Shown here in pieces: positions 38,708 to 51,422 of a DNA stretch of 64,000 nucleotides (position 1 is the stretch's first letter; each line of letters starts with the position of its first letter). Origin of the DNA: Macrostomum lignano (lineage: Eukaryota); contig NIVC01001239.1 of assembly GCA_002269645.1 (NCBI GenBank), positions 62,001 to 126,000 on the forward strand, read 5' to 3'. The notes under the pieces were generated by a model. The model did not search any database. It was not told the origin of the DNA and saw only the letters and a list, made by a program, of their open reading frames with translations. Position numbers and translations under genes: made by a program.

Positions 38708-38953
38708 ACCAGATGAGCTCCTCTCAAGACGCTCCGAACGTCCAAGAGGCGGTCAAGAAGGAAGATAGTAACACAGAATCCCAGCTGCCTGAGGCAACAT
38801 TGAAGCCACAGCACTTGCAAAATCAGCAGACATCCAAACAGGAGCAGACTCAACTTCTTGCGATAGGCAGTGCTCCGGAAAGGCAGGGAGCAGTTGGTCA
38901 TGCTGGCCAGGCCGTCCCAGCAACTGGTGCAGTGGGAAAAAAGCTAGGACACG
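38708..38953 (+). CDS. ank: Ankyrin tail exon after the giant exon, 246 nt, phase 1-1 (DQMSSSQDAPNV...GKKLGH)
   Basis: tttctag| and CACG|gtgaga. Translatable only if the giant exon's stop is skipped. Confidence 0.7.
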
Positions 38954-38989
38954 GTGAGATACTCATGGGCAGTTCAGCATGAGTCATAA

Positions 38990-39460
38990 TAGCTGTGACA
39001 CTATGAGCAGTCTTAGTCAGGGTCATATAGTTGTGACGCTATAAGCAGTCTACTCAGGGTCATACAACTGTCACACTATAAGCAGTATAGTTAGGGTCAT
39101 AGTTGTGACGCTATGAGCAGTGTACTCAGGGTCATATAGTTGTGACACTATGAGCAGTCTACTCAAGGTCATATAGCTGTCAAACTATAAGCAGTATAGT
39201 CAAGGTCATACAGTTGTGACGGTATGAGCAGTGTACTCAGGGTCATACAGTTGACACTATGAGCAGTGTACTCAGGGTCATTTAGCTGTGACGCTATGAG
39301 CAGTTCGGTCAGTGTCACAGGGTCATATAATTGTGACACTATGAGCAGTGTACTCAGGGTCATATAGCTGTCACACTATGAGCAGTATAGTCAGGGTCAT
39401 ATAGTTGTGATCCTATGAGGCAGTTTGTTCAAGGTCATAGCTGTGACAATATGAGAAGTT
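38990..39460. repeat. About 38-bp degenerate minisatellite (GCTGTGACACTATGAGCAGTGTACTCAGGGTCATATA)
   Basis: Direct reading. Confidence 0.88.
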
Positions 39461-39547
39461 AGGTCAGGCCTATGGCATGGCCAGCTGCGACTATCTTATT
39501 GCTGTATCAAAATCTAATAGATGAATAAAACTTCCACTATATTGCAG

Positions 39548-39651
39548 AAATGTCTCTAATCAGTATGGACGAAGACTATGTAGTTGAAATTGATCCTAGA
39601 GAGCACGATCACTTCCTGTCCCAAGGAATACCAGAAGAATTTCGTGAATAG
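39548..39651 (+). CDS. ank: Probable ankyrin late tail exon (EMSLISMDEDYVVEIDPREHDHFLSQGIPEEFRE*); may instead splice at 39643
   Basis: attgcag| acceptor in phase 1, open acidic frame; weak C|gtgaat donor or TAG at 39649-39651. Confidence 0.55.
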
Positions 39652-40036
39652 TACTAGTAAGATACGCAACAGTGTGTCCTTGAAACAAAGGACGATTTTA
39701 CATTTACACGAACATGTGTACCTCTGCACTTAACATGTCATTGAATTGTTTGTAGTCGTAGAAACCGCCCCAAAACAAGTGCAAGTACTGCTATACACTG
39801 CAAGTATTTTCTTTGTCCGCGTTCAATATACACGCGTAAATTATCATTTTCAGCTCACAAATATTTCTTATCGTTGTCCATGCACTTATGTGTGAAGTAT
39901 TTATTCAGCAGCTTGAGAACTAACAAAAACTCGCGCGTTTGCTTGAATCCTGAGTTGTCGCTGCGTACAATGAAGTATGACCGTGTTTATTTTGAAGCAC
40001 AAAAATATTATTTTGTTTAAAATTGCCATTTTTCAG

Positions 40037-40065
40037 ACGGCACTCCTCCGGCAGCAGCGCGATGA
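40037..40065 (+). CDS. Possible terminal ankyrin exon (xGTPPAAAR* in phase 1)
   Basis: ccatttttcag| acceptor followed by a short GC-rich patch, then AT-rich UTR-like sequence; frame uncertain. Confidence 0.3.
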
Positions 40066-42602
40066 TCAGCAATGAAAATGCAGAGGCTGAACTACGAAAA
40101 ACTGACGCCCAAAAAGTTAAACATTTATTATCAAATCTATTACTGCATCGATATCAATTATATGTGTTGCCAACTGATATAAATGATATACCATGAGTTT
40201 ATGAAATTCAGTTTTTAAGGATACATTAGTGCGCTATACTTACAGATTGGTTAAATCCAAATGTCAACTGTTTATAACAAACACAATTGGTTCAAGCAAG
40301 AAACTCTCATTAATAATTTAGTATGTGATTTCTAACAAGGGTTGAAAGGGGTGGTAACGCAATCGATGTAGCTAGTAATTAAATTACTTTACTTAATTAC
40401 TTTTAGAGCAGCTTGTAAAGAAATAAAAGTAACATGAGTAGTGACGCACTAATATATCTGAGCATCCAATCTCAGCAACTTGGTCAGCCATTTACAACAA
40501 AATATCACGCAAAAAAGTCGCGTGTGACAGTCTTTTGCTGCTTAATTAGGAGAAAAACCTGCGCCCTCCTCTCTACATGCATATTCGGCTACTTCATAAA
40601 GACAACTCATAGAGCTGGGAAAATACACAGCTCGCACGCATACTCTGATCTGCAATAAAATACAAAAGTACAAATTAAACTCGCGTCACCGATCACGCCG
40701 TTTTCTTTGACTGTTTTCCTCCTAGCAATTCACGCCTAGTTAGATAATTAGCGTCGTTTGCTTGATTAGAACTTTTTATCTTTTATCTGATGGCCGTATT
40801 CAACAAATGCACTGTTAACGCGTCTGCTCAATAAGTAACAGTTTAGTAAGCTCGAAATTACTTTGTTTGAGCTGGTAATAGAGCATTAAATTTGTTTTTC
40901 TAAGTTTTGGTACGTGGTTTCTGTGTTTTGACATAGGCCTTCGCGTTATGTTTTTGTCTCTTTTGATAATTGTAACCCTACACCACTGAAAAAGCCATTG
41001 GATAAGAACTAGAATTCTAAACTTGAAACTTGTAAAATTACCGTTTACTATCAAAGCAGACGAATAATAAAAAACTGTGATTTTCTATTCTTTCGCTACA
41101 GTGATTAATGTAAGTCCAAATGGCTTTTTAAATGGTGGATTGTTTAAGAGTTTTGGCGTCTAACTTATAATGATTCTACTTTTATAATTGTCGAGTTAAA
41201 TAGTCACTTTTATACCATATATTACTTAACTTATTCAACCATAAAGAAACCATCTGTTAATTCAAATGTGCTTTAAATGAACTTTCGCTTTCGAATTGCT
41301 AATAACTATAGCTATTGCAGTTAAACAATCGTTTTATTTCTAAAACCGTTTCGCTTCGCTAACTTATAGTTCTGCCTTTCATAATAACCGGTTTTTTAAG
41401 CTCAAAAGTCAACTCTACCAACACTTTTGATGCTAAATAAGATCCATTTCTGGCAATTTTCTGTTCAATAACTTTCTCCATTTTTTTCGATTATTGATAC
41501 ATTTAAATTCATTTATAAACTACTTAGTTACTGTAATGTATTAAAAAAGTTTATACGCTTTGCTGTAAAAGAAGACTCAAACGGAAGTTCTTCTTTTCAA
41601 ACTAATTAGACAGCCCAACCTGTCAAATTTTTACTGACCTTCGAGTCCATTTTGGTTTTTATCTTCGTTTACTCGATCAAACCTGATATTTATTTTAGCT
41701 CTCATAATATATTAAATATTTATGCGATTTTCTACAAACATTCATTGTAGCTGCTTGACGAAAGAAGGTTAGAGGCGTATATTTAATGAATTATAAGGAC
41801 AGTTTCTCACACAAAACTACATGTATCACTCTTACACTGATACATGTATCATGCTTTAGCGAACTTAGCAAATTTAGAATTAAGCTACTTGGCTTTATCT
41901 TTGTGAAAGTTGCATTAGCAAATTTATTAATTAGATACTGTTAGTATTTGATTTACTCTGCCAATTTCCTCAATGATCCGTATATACGTTTACTATTGTT
42001 TGCTGAATAATACAATTGTATTTAACAATATGCCTGCCGCAATGATCAGAATAGTAAAGCAATATGATATTTATAAACACACATAGTTACGTCAAATACA
42101 CCTTTGAAAACTGCCATTGCTTTCAGTCTAGATTGAGCTATTAATAATCTAATACGATGTTTATTATTTAATTTATTTTCGCCAAGCTTCACTGTCAATA
42201 CGCTAAGATTGCATAGAAAAGAAAAGTGCGTTGACAACTTCATTCGTTCAAAGCCAGGAAGCTCAATGCAGGAAATGTTGCTCAATGGTTTGTTTGAATG
42301 ATTAAAAAGGAGAGTAACAAAAAGGAGTGAAACTACGGAAGAAATGTAGAGTTGAAATTCTAGCGCATGCATGCACAAGTACGCGTAGCTTTTATAATTT
42401 TTCAGAAGCTCAAACTATATATGTTTATATATACATGTAGCTTGGGAATTTAAATTGTGAAAATGTATGCCATTGAAGCTTTTACGACCAGCACAATAGA
42501 AAAGGCTATACAGGATATATAGCACCACAATATTACTGTTGGAACTGGCAAGAACTCCTACTATGGAACATGGAAAGGTGTAAATATTTATTTGTGCCCT
42601 AG

Positions 42603-42605
42603 TTC

Positions 42606-42640
<35 letters not shown>

Positions 42641-42718
42641 CAGATATATATATATAGATAGATAGATAGATAGATATATATATATATATAGATATATAAA
42701 TAGATAGATAGATAGATA
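42603..42718. repeat. (GATA)n/(TA)n compound microsatellite
   Basis: Direct reading. Confidence 0.95.
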
Positions 42719-43214
42719 CCAAAGCCTCCCGTGGCTAATAGAATTACTCTACAGAAGCAACCTCAGAAACGAAGGAAAACAGGCTGTTAATTAAGAGCAA
42801 GGCCAAAGCCTATGGACCTATGCTAACTAAATTACTAATGAATCTGCATCCTGTCTTGCTCTCTTCCGCAAGGACAAGAAAGTTGGCAGGAAAAGGAAGA
42901 TCGGATTGGCTGCACGTAGAGAATATGTTGCTGTTTGTCAGCATTGGTTATTACTTCAAGCATGTAAACGAGTGTAGCGACACTGATCTCGACGTTTTAT
43001 CATCATGTAAATTAGCACGTAGCTTTACCCAAAACCAGCAATCACCTTCGGACCCTTTGGGCACATTCAGATGATTTTTAACAGCATTTTAACCATTATA
43101 AGTGCGCGACAAGGCTCGAAAAAATATCTTAAGTCGGGTTAAAATTGTATTTTTTACGTCAGAAGCAGAATTATAATGGGAGTCACGAAAATTACAAATG
43201 TGAAGGAGGGTGCC

Positions 43215-43822
43215 AAAATTAGCGAGTCAGGAAGTGTCAGAATCTGAGATCCAGGTGTCAGAATGTGAGAGTCAGGAAGTGTCAGAATGTGGTGGGAGTC
43301 AGGAAGTATCAGAATGTGGGAGTAAGGAAGTGTCAGAATGTGAGAGTCAGGTGTCGGATTTTAGGAATCAGGAAGTGTCAGAATTTGGAAATCAGGAAGT
43401 GTCAGATTGTAGGAGTCATTTGTCAGAATGTGGGAGTAAGGAAGTGTCAGAATGTGAGAGTCAGGTGTCGGATTTTAGGAATCAGGAAGTGTCAGAATTT
43501 GGAAATCAGGAAGTGTCAGAATGTGGGAGTCAGGAAGTGTCAGAATGTGGAAGCCGGGTGTCAGAATGTGGAAGTAGGGTGTCAGAATGTGGGAGTCAGG
43601 AAGTGTCAGAATGTGAGAGTCAGATGTCAGTCTGTCAGAATGTGGGAGTCAGGAAGGGTCAGAATGTGATAGTCAGGTGTCAGATTGTGGGAATCAGGAA
43701 ATGTCAGAATTTGGGAATTAGGAAGTGTCAGATTGTAGGAGTCATTTGTCAGAATGTGGAAGTCGGGTGTCAGAATGTGAGTCAGGAAGTGTCATAATAC
43801 GGGAGTCAGGTGTCAGAATGTA
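43215..43822. repeat. About 16-24 bp minisatellite (GTCAGGAAGTGTCAGAATGTGGGA)
   Basis: GTGTCAGAATGT core repeated; two artefact ORFs. Confidence 0.9.
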
Positions 43823-44874
43823 GGTTTTATGTTTGAAGTGTGAAAATAGGAGTCAAGGGCTTCCGTACAGGATCTAGAACCCAAAAATTCAGAATTGCAG
43901 TAAAAATCAATCAAATGTGTAGCATAGCAGTGAAGTTTCACAACTTAGCTCCAATTTAGAGTAGGAGTTGACAAGAAATCTGAAGTATTTTTCGTTATGC
44001 GACTCAGTACAGAACCAAGTGCACCTCCTAGTGAGAAGAAAGTTGTCGAAAAACTGAAGTAGGGGCCTTAAATTGACAGGCTGTCTGTCTTAGCACCAGA
44101 ATAAGCCTAAAGTCCTAAGACTTGCAAAATATGAATTTTGGCCTACATTTTATTCAAGTGTGAATGAGAAGTCCTTAGTCAATCAAATTTGACGCTTTTA
44201 ACACATAAAAAAGGTCTATCAACCCGTGCACCTCCATTTGGGTTACTTTGTCATCTTAATTAACATGCACCAACTTAAGGAAGTCATTTCGTCATTCACC
44301 AATGTGGGAATTTTGTGTAAACTGCTTAGATATTTTACTGTTTCCAAATCTTGTTGTCCATTCATCGGCTAATTCTCTTGTACTGTAGTACAGGGTATAG
44401 TTTCCAAATTTCCAAGTTACTACTAGGTATCTACACTACTGTTAAATTCATATTCATTAGTATAAATAACTGAACAAAAGAAACTGTTGATTTATCTTCA
44501 AAGTTTGATATTTTGCTGCAAAAATTAGAAACATTTTTATAACAGTGCAGTTTAGATTACTTCAACTTTAGTGGGTTCACAAAGCTGTACATTCATTGTC
44601 CAGTCTTAAGAGTTTAAAATAACAACGCACAACACAAAGGTCAAATGTTAAAATATGCTATCATAAACGCACTAAAATATTAGATAAGAAAATTTTTAAA
44701 GTAGAAAAAAATCAACTTTAAAAATGCAAAAATTAAAAGTAATTGCTGCTATCTTGTCCTAAATGAAAGATGATGATTTTTACGGGTTACAATGATGTAA
44801 AATTTGGTCATAAGGAAGACTTAAGAATTATAACACCATCACCAATTGAATTGTTAATGTCGCCGATTATTTCG

Positions 44875-44948
44875 TTAGTCCTCGCTACTACTTGATAGTC
44901 TTCTGCTTTTGCTGTTGTTGCCGCAGCTGCGGGAACGAAGTTTCTTTT
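44875..44948 (-). CDS. Unknown acidic protein, exon 4 (terminal: EKKLRSRSCGNNSKSRRLSSSSED*)
   Basis: ttttcgttttag| acceptor on the - strand, phase 1 matches the exon 3 donor, TAA stop. Confidence 0.7.
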
Positions 44949-45051
44949 CTAAAACGAAAATTAGAAAAAGTCGCTTTTAGTTTTTTGCAACTACTAAAAG
45001 TAGATGGCTAAATACGCAGTTATCCCTCCTTTTTATAGGCAATTTAACAAT

Positions 45052-45432
45052 AGCTGTTTATCCTTCAGTGTCAGTGACAGTGACTCCTTCAGCAAGAACT
45101 GTTTATCCTTCAGTGTCAGTGACAGTGACTCCTTCAGCAAGAACTGTTTATTCTTCAGTGTCAGTGACAGTGACTCCTTCAGCAAGAACTGTTTATTCTT
45201 CAGTGTCAGTGACAGTGACTCCTTCAGCAAGAACTGTTTATTCTTTAGTGTCAGTGACAGTGACTCCTTCAGCAAGAACTGTTTATTCTTTAGTGTCAGT
45301 GACAGTGACTCCTTCAGCAAGAACTGTTTATTCTTCAGTGTCAGTGACAGTGACTCCTTCAGCAAGAACTGTTTATTCTTCAGTATCAGTGACAGTGACT
45401 CCTTCAGCAAGAACTGTTTATCATTCAGTGTC
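45052..45432. repeat. 48-bp minisatellite, about 8 near-identical units, in intron 3 of the - strand gene
   Basis: TCAGTGTCAGTGACAGTGACTCCTTCAGCAAGAACTGTTTATTCT repeated. Confidence 0.95.
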
Positions 45433-45623
45433 AGCTACGCGGTCAACGAGAACCGCTATCCCAGCCTTCAGTACAGAGGTCAGAAAACTCCTCCCGCGAA
45501 GCTTCTCTATTCGGCCCTCGGATTTTTTGAAACTTCCCAATAGCAATCCGGCCAGTTCAAGGTTTGTCTCTTTTTCTCAGATCTCTTCTCTCCATTCCCC
45601 CTGTTCTCTATCCCCAAAATTAC

Positions 45624-45987
45624 CAGCAATAGCATCATCATCCTCGGAATCTTCAACGGCAGCTCCAGTAGCTCTTTGCTGTTGGCGCTTCTGGCGCCAG
45701 CGCTTTCGACACTTGAATTCGCAGCGTCGACACGACGGGCACTGGCACTGGCACCGGCACTCGCTAGCATGGCCGGCTTTATCAGCTTCCACCCCGGCCG
45801 CTGTGCCGGCTGTCTTACTACCGCTGTCTGGCTCCGCCTCATCGTCAGAGCTGGACGGCCCGGCGGATTCGTGATAGCTGGGGGTGGCGCTGTCGCTAAC
45901 GATAAAGTCTTTGTCCTCGTCGCCGGAGCTGCCGCTGTCGTCCTTCCTCTGGTCTTTGTCTTTAGTCTTGGCGCTTGCATCAGATTG
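45624..45987 (-). CDS. Unknown acidic protein, exon 3 (DEDKDFIVSD; CRCQCQCPSCRRCEFKC), phase 0-1
   Basis: ataacag| acceptor, G|gtaatt donor, open frame. Confidence 0.75.
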
Positions 45988-46199
45988 CTGTTATAAATAG
46001 GGGATAATGGGTTGATGCGCATGGGTTAAATCCAGCATCTGGGAAATCAAGCCGTACTAAAATCCCAACATAGTTCGTAGTAAAGCGGCCAATTAAAACT
46101 GATCTACAATGACATGCTGAACCCAATCAATTCCCACCTGACACACTAAATCATTTGAAATTTTATGGTACCTGACACAATATAAAAATTTTATCCCTT

Positions 46200-46867
46200 G
46201 ATGAAAACGGTACCCAGGCCAAGAAGCATCCCGGGAGTCACTTCAGAGTAGTTTCAGACGCGTTGCAGATGACATAGGTCAAATAGGAAAGAAGTGATTC
46301 TAAACGACTCTAAAACGACGAAATGTCACGGTACAAGTCGCCAAAAACTCGTCAAAGAGTCGCTTCAGAATCACTTTGAAGCGTTCTATTGTCTGCGACT
46401 TTGAAACGTGCACGGCTCTAGTGACTCTGAGGCGACGGTGCAACAATTCTGGGGCCTTAGAGTCGTATTTGAGGCATTTCAGAGCCGCATTAGAGGCACT
46501 GAGTTGTGCTTGAAACGCATTTGCGTCGCTTGATGAACTAAAGTTACATCTCCGGCGTTTCAGCGGCGTTCTGTAGTCGCATAAAAGTCACAGAAACGTT
46601 TTTGCGTCACTAGAATCGTTAGTGCGTCACTTCTGGGGCGTTCTGGACGCGTTACAGAGTCGTTACTACCGACCTTTAACAGACTGCTGGATCGTCATTT
46701 CTGGGCGAATAGAAGATGCATGCTCATCGACTCAGAAGTGATGCACTAACGATTCTACAGCGACGCTGAAGAGCTTCTGCGACTTTTTTGGTGATTTGTA
46801 ACGTGACCTCTCGTTGTTTTATAGAGTCGTTTAGAATCACTTCTTTTATAGTTCTACCGTTTTCATC
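46200..46867. mobile_element. Degenerate MITE-like palindromic element in intron 2 of the - strand gene
   Basis: Inverted pairs GATGAAAACGGTA (46200-46212 / 46855-46867) and a perfect 25-bp pair (46288-46312 / 46822-46846); interior full of GTCGC/GACTC/GTCACT motifs in both orientations. No TSD identified. Confidence 0.55.
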
Positions 46868-47184
46868 GCGCAATAAACACTCAGTTTTAGCCTATTGAAC
46901 CCTATTTGCACTTTAACAATCCTACTGAGTTGTAGGAAGTTAAGCGCCAGCGCAACGATTATTGGACGACTTTTTCGAAACTCTTACGAGTCTACAACTC
47001 ACGTGACGCAATTGCGATGCAACAGTCGCTTTTGACTCTTGTCACATGGTATCGTTTCTAACGGGTCCACCTTGAAATTAAACTGAGCATCAAAAACCCG
47101 GCCATAAACCCTGGCACCCAGTCACTAATAATCAACAAACTCCAATGCTACGCTTCAACAATAAAAGCAATCTGCAACTCGAAC

Positions 47185-47391
47185 CTCATCATCATTGTCC
47201 TCTATCTCTGCAGCTTCCTCCCGAGCAGCATCGGTTTGAAATTCATCATCCGACACTGCAGCAGCCGGCTCCACAGAGAATAGCTTACGACCGTCAACCT
47301 CTCGGACAAATGTTCTCATCCGGTCAGGTACGGGGTAGCGCCTCTCGGCTACGCCCAGATTAATCAGACTTTCAAGCTGTTCCTCGTGCGC
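47185..47391 (-). CDS. Unknown acidic protein, exon 2 (AHEEQLESLINLGVAERRY...EDNDDE), phase 0-0
   Basis: tttctttag| acceptor; donor GAG|gttcga is weak. Confidence 0.72.
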
Positions 47392-47472
47392 CTAAAGAAA
47401 AAAACACAAATTAGCTATTAAATCAGGGTATGGGCAGGCAAGCGTTTTTGCCTTAACGGCCAGATAAATAAT

Positions 47473-47606
47473 GTCAGTCAGTCAGTCATTCAGTCATTCA
47501 GTCATTCAGTCATTCAGTCATTCAGTCATTCAGTCATTCAGTCATTCAGTCATTCAGTCAGTCAGTCAGTCAGTCAGTCAGTCAGTCAGTCAGTCAGTCA
47601 GTCAGT
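47473..47606. repeat. (TCAGTCAT)n grading into (GTCA)n
   Basis: Direct reading; intron 1 of the - strand gene. Confidence 0.95.
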
Positions 47607-47631
47607 CTTTTGTAAGCCAAAGAATGCTCAC

Positions 47632-47883
47632 CTGCTCGTGTAGATCTAACCTAACAAGATGCTCTTCCTCATCATCGGAGAGGACCATTGAGCGCCGGTT
47701 TTTATGCGGACTGATGATCTCATCATCATCATCAATTACATCAGATTCTAATCCAATACTGTTTCCACAAACAGTTGAAAATGAAGATTTAGTTTTTGGA
47801 ACTGTAGCCTCGGCAATCTCACTGTCGAAATTGCTTGAACTATTGCTATCAGTATTGCAGCTCTGCAACTTTTGACTAGTCAT
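47632..47883 (-). CDS. Unknown acidic protein, exon 1 (MTSQKLQSC...LDLHEQ), phase 0 donor
   Basis: ATG at 47883, CAG|gtgagc donor. The four exons sum to 897 nt = 298 aa + stop. Further upstream exons are possible. Confidence 0.72.
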
Positions 47884-48801
47884 AATTTCAACTGAATGAG
47901 CAATATGTTTGATCTTTATAAGTGTTTACCAAACTTAGATAGTCATGAAATGATAAAATTGGTGCACAGATTGAATAGGATTTTAAACAGTATAAAAATT
48001 ACAACAAAAAATCACTTTAACTAACTTTATTGACATCAGTGCATGCACCTAAATGACTGGATATTATTATTAGCTGCTAAAAATAGAAACTGTATATGTA
48101 TAAGTTTAAAATATGACTTCTTGCTTTGCGCCAGCACCAATCAAGCTTGTTAATTTACAAATTGCAGCTTGGTTTCATTTCCAATTTTTAACCAACTGTT
48201 TTTTATACCCTTTAGATGTTGTCTGAGGCTTTATCAATTTGATTTCTAGAAGAGTAACAATTTTTAAAAACATGGCCTTCTTTAACTACATAGTTAAGCC
48301 TAGAAAAAATTCCTGCTAACTAGTTTGTCTTGAGTTAAATATATTTTCCTTTAATATGTTAAATACTTTCCTTTTGATAGGATATTATAGACTAAACTAT
48401 GTGGTAAAAAAATATAAGGCTTAAGATTATAGTCATCTTTTATCTACTAGTTGGCACTGTTTTTTTAGCTACTAGATTTGGTGACTACAAACTCAGACTT
48501 TGGCAACACTATTTGGCATGGATTTTATAGGTTCACATCTAATGTTAACAGTAGAACTACCAAGAGGGGGAACTTCCCCCCCTGACATTTTTTGCTATGC
48601 CAGAATGGAGCAATGCAGGCATATAAAATTTAAGAACATGGACTAACTTTTTGTTGCACACTTTCTCAAACAAGAATCAAGTCACCAGCCCTCTGGACCA
48701 TCAAGATATTCAACAATTCTGCCACGTCAGATTTTTCCCATAAGCACTAGTGTATTCAGTATACCCCTATGTACCAATCAGCGCTATGCCTCAGTGTAGC
48801 C

Positions 48802-49333
48802 CAGTGGTGTTAGCAGGGATGCCCATTTTTTCTTGTACCTTAAATATTTTTTCGCGCCTGCATACTTTTTTGCACTTGCAGTTAGTATAGCATAAAATAT
48901 GCTTATTTAAAAAAATTCCTGAAAATAGCTAACCCTAGCTAATATAATTTAACTATAGCTTGATACTATATCATACCTAAACACAATTTTTTGTGCTGCT
49001 TTACATGTACATTACATTGAAAAATGCCTACATGTAAGTTGACTAAATTTCAATAATTTCAATCAATGCAGAACTTTAAAAGTGGCTTAATTAATTATTG
49101 TAGCAAAAATAACAAGAAACACAAGGCAAGATATGATGACATCAATCCAAAAACAAAATGGCATGAACTAAATTCATAAAATATTGCACAGATAAGCTTT
49201 AGTAAGAGCAGAATCAACGTCTAATTTTTCGTGTTATGGGCTTAAACGAAATTCATGCCATACCTCAAAAATTGTGCATTCGCGCCATTAAGCACAAAAT
49301 TTGCGCCTGGCACAAATTGGGCTAACACCACTA
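48802..49333. mobile_element. hAT-like MITE, 532 bp
   Basis: 13-bp TIRs CAGTGGTGTTAGC / GCTAACACCACTA (12/13); 8-bp flanks GTGTAGCC vs GGGCAGCC (6/8). Confidence 0.6.
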
Positions 49334-51422
49334 GGGCAGCCTTGCCAAGCCTCCAAATTTCATCAGCATGTCGACCACATGTCTGCATCAGCTCTGACTT
49401 GATTAGAGATATAACAATTGAACACATTGTATTAAGATATAAGAAGGCTTTGGGAGGAATAGAGAGTTTAAAGAGTCAAGAGAATTAGGGGTTATGGACT
49501 AATGGCTTATAAATGAAGAGAAGGAATTAAGGAAGGTACAATACATGGCATGCTTGAGTAGTCACAAGTATGTTATGCTTAGAATTAAGGCTTTAGAAAA
49601 AATGGAGCATTAATGCTCAAGCTGATAGAACATAGATTTGGGGATATTAATTCCCACAATTCCACAAACTTGGAAGGGTAAGTTGCTATTTGGTCTAGGT
49701 GCATTTAATTAGACAGTAAGTAAAGATATAGGCCTATTGTTTGAAAGCTATTAAATGGTCCTTATTTAGTGTAATAAATATTAAATACCATGCTTTAAAC
49801 AGAGAATGATACGTAATAGCAATCTATTTAGCATAAATTCATTCAACCAATAATTAGCACTATTAGCAAAGGGACAAAAAATAAGGTGGATATATTATCA
49901 AACTTATGTTCTATTATCAGATACTCAAATAGGATTTAATCAGTTTGAAAATTTCATTTTATTCTATTTATATCAATATGCCATAATTAGATTGCTAAAT
50001 TAAAAAATAAAAAAAATATTGCCTTGAATTTTTATATAGTGCCTTAACAATGAATATTTTAAATGATAGTTGGTTTAATAAACAACCATAACAAGTTTTT
50101 AATATTTAATTTGTAGTTAAATCTGATGATAAACTAGGGTTTTTTATACGCAAAGTGTGCATAGGCCTATGCATCTTAAAATAGAAATTGCACATTGAAA
50201 TTAAAAAAGTAGGTGGTGTTTAGGTGCAGTCTCAGAACCTATTTTTCTTTTTAAGCCTCATTTGCTATCTTGACATAAGAAAAAAAGAGAAATTACGCTT
50301 TAAGCCTTGAATTGCACCTTGAAAATAGGCATAGAGTACAGTTTTGCACTTTGTCTTGGGCAAAAAACCTAGTGATAAGCCTTTTTTGATTGATTTCTAA
50401 TTATTTGGACCATTTTGACTAAGTAAAATAAGGTTTATGTAATGAATGAGAGAGTTTTGATAGAAATAAATTTGCAATTTTATACCAATATTCCTAATAG
50501 ATTTTTTGAAGCTGATATTTTTGACAATATTAGAATTTATAAGTTTACTTTAGTACACTAGCTTCTAATATAATTTTTAACTTCTTTGTTTTAGTCTAAT
50601 ATTCTAATATTACCAAACTTTAAAAAAAACTAATTTTAAATGAATAAAATGTTTGTATTGTAGACATATACTTTTATGGAAAATAATAATAATAGGCCTA
50701 TAGGTCAATAAATGTTGAATAACAAATATTTTTAAAACAAGTTTTAAAAGTAAAATACCTGCTAATAAGGCCTATGGCCCTATGCTATGTATATTATATT
50801 TTGTATTTAAATTAGTTAGGAATAATTATCATTGAAATTGCATTATAATGATATTAAGCCTATTTATTTATCAATTATCAATGATTCATTGATTATAAAC
50901 AATAGATCAACTAGGGGGCCTGAATCTATTTTATTTAGCATTGTCACTTATAGATGAACAATCTATTTATCATTTGATTTTACTAAGGCAGATAAACAGT
51001 CATAGAGGTATAAGACCAAGATGACCACATACAAATATGGCCACAGCTGGGGTGGGGGTCATGGAAAATGATAGCTGGTTTACTATTGGATAGCTTTGGG
51101 TGGGGAGATGTGGGGTTGAAATGGGGGGGTTTAGATAGGCAGTCAGAAATTTTTGAGTATATTGGGTTAAAGACAAAAATGGTTATGAGTCTCAATTTCC
51201 TACTTATAGTAGGTCCCTAAGAAGTGTAAGCATATTTCCTATTAAACAAATTTCTTCATATAAAATCAGGTGTAGCTTTTTTCAATTTCTCTTATTGGTT
51301 GAGACTATAGTCCCCATTCCCCATTTGTTTAAAAGGGATAAAAACTAGGTAAATTTCATGCCCTGTTCAAAATTCATCTGTTTCATTCACTGACAATAGT
51401 CTAAGAAGCACTTAGATACAAA

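Noticed and set aside
38990-39460. Regular about 38-bp repeats (also 45052-45432 and 60985-61885) superficially CRISPR-like
   Set aside because: Head-to-tail units with no unique spacers, eukaryotic context, no cas genes.
42840-42930. LFRKDKKVGR resembling a LINE endonuclease segment
   Set aside because: Too short and degenerate; no adjoining motifs.
43210-43797. 195-aa SQEVSECG-repeat ORF
   Set aside because: Coincides exactly with a minisatellite, lacks an ATG start, second frame also open, no splice context.
45004-45874. + strand ORFs of 179 and 268 aa
   Set aside because: Derived from the 48-bp repeat and the antisense of the - strand gene.
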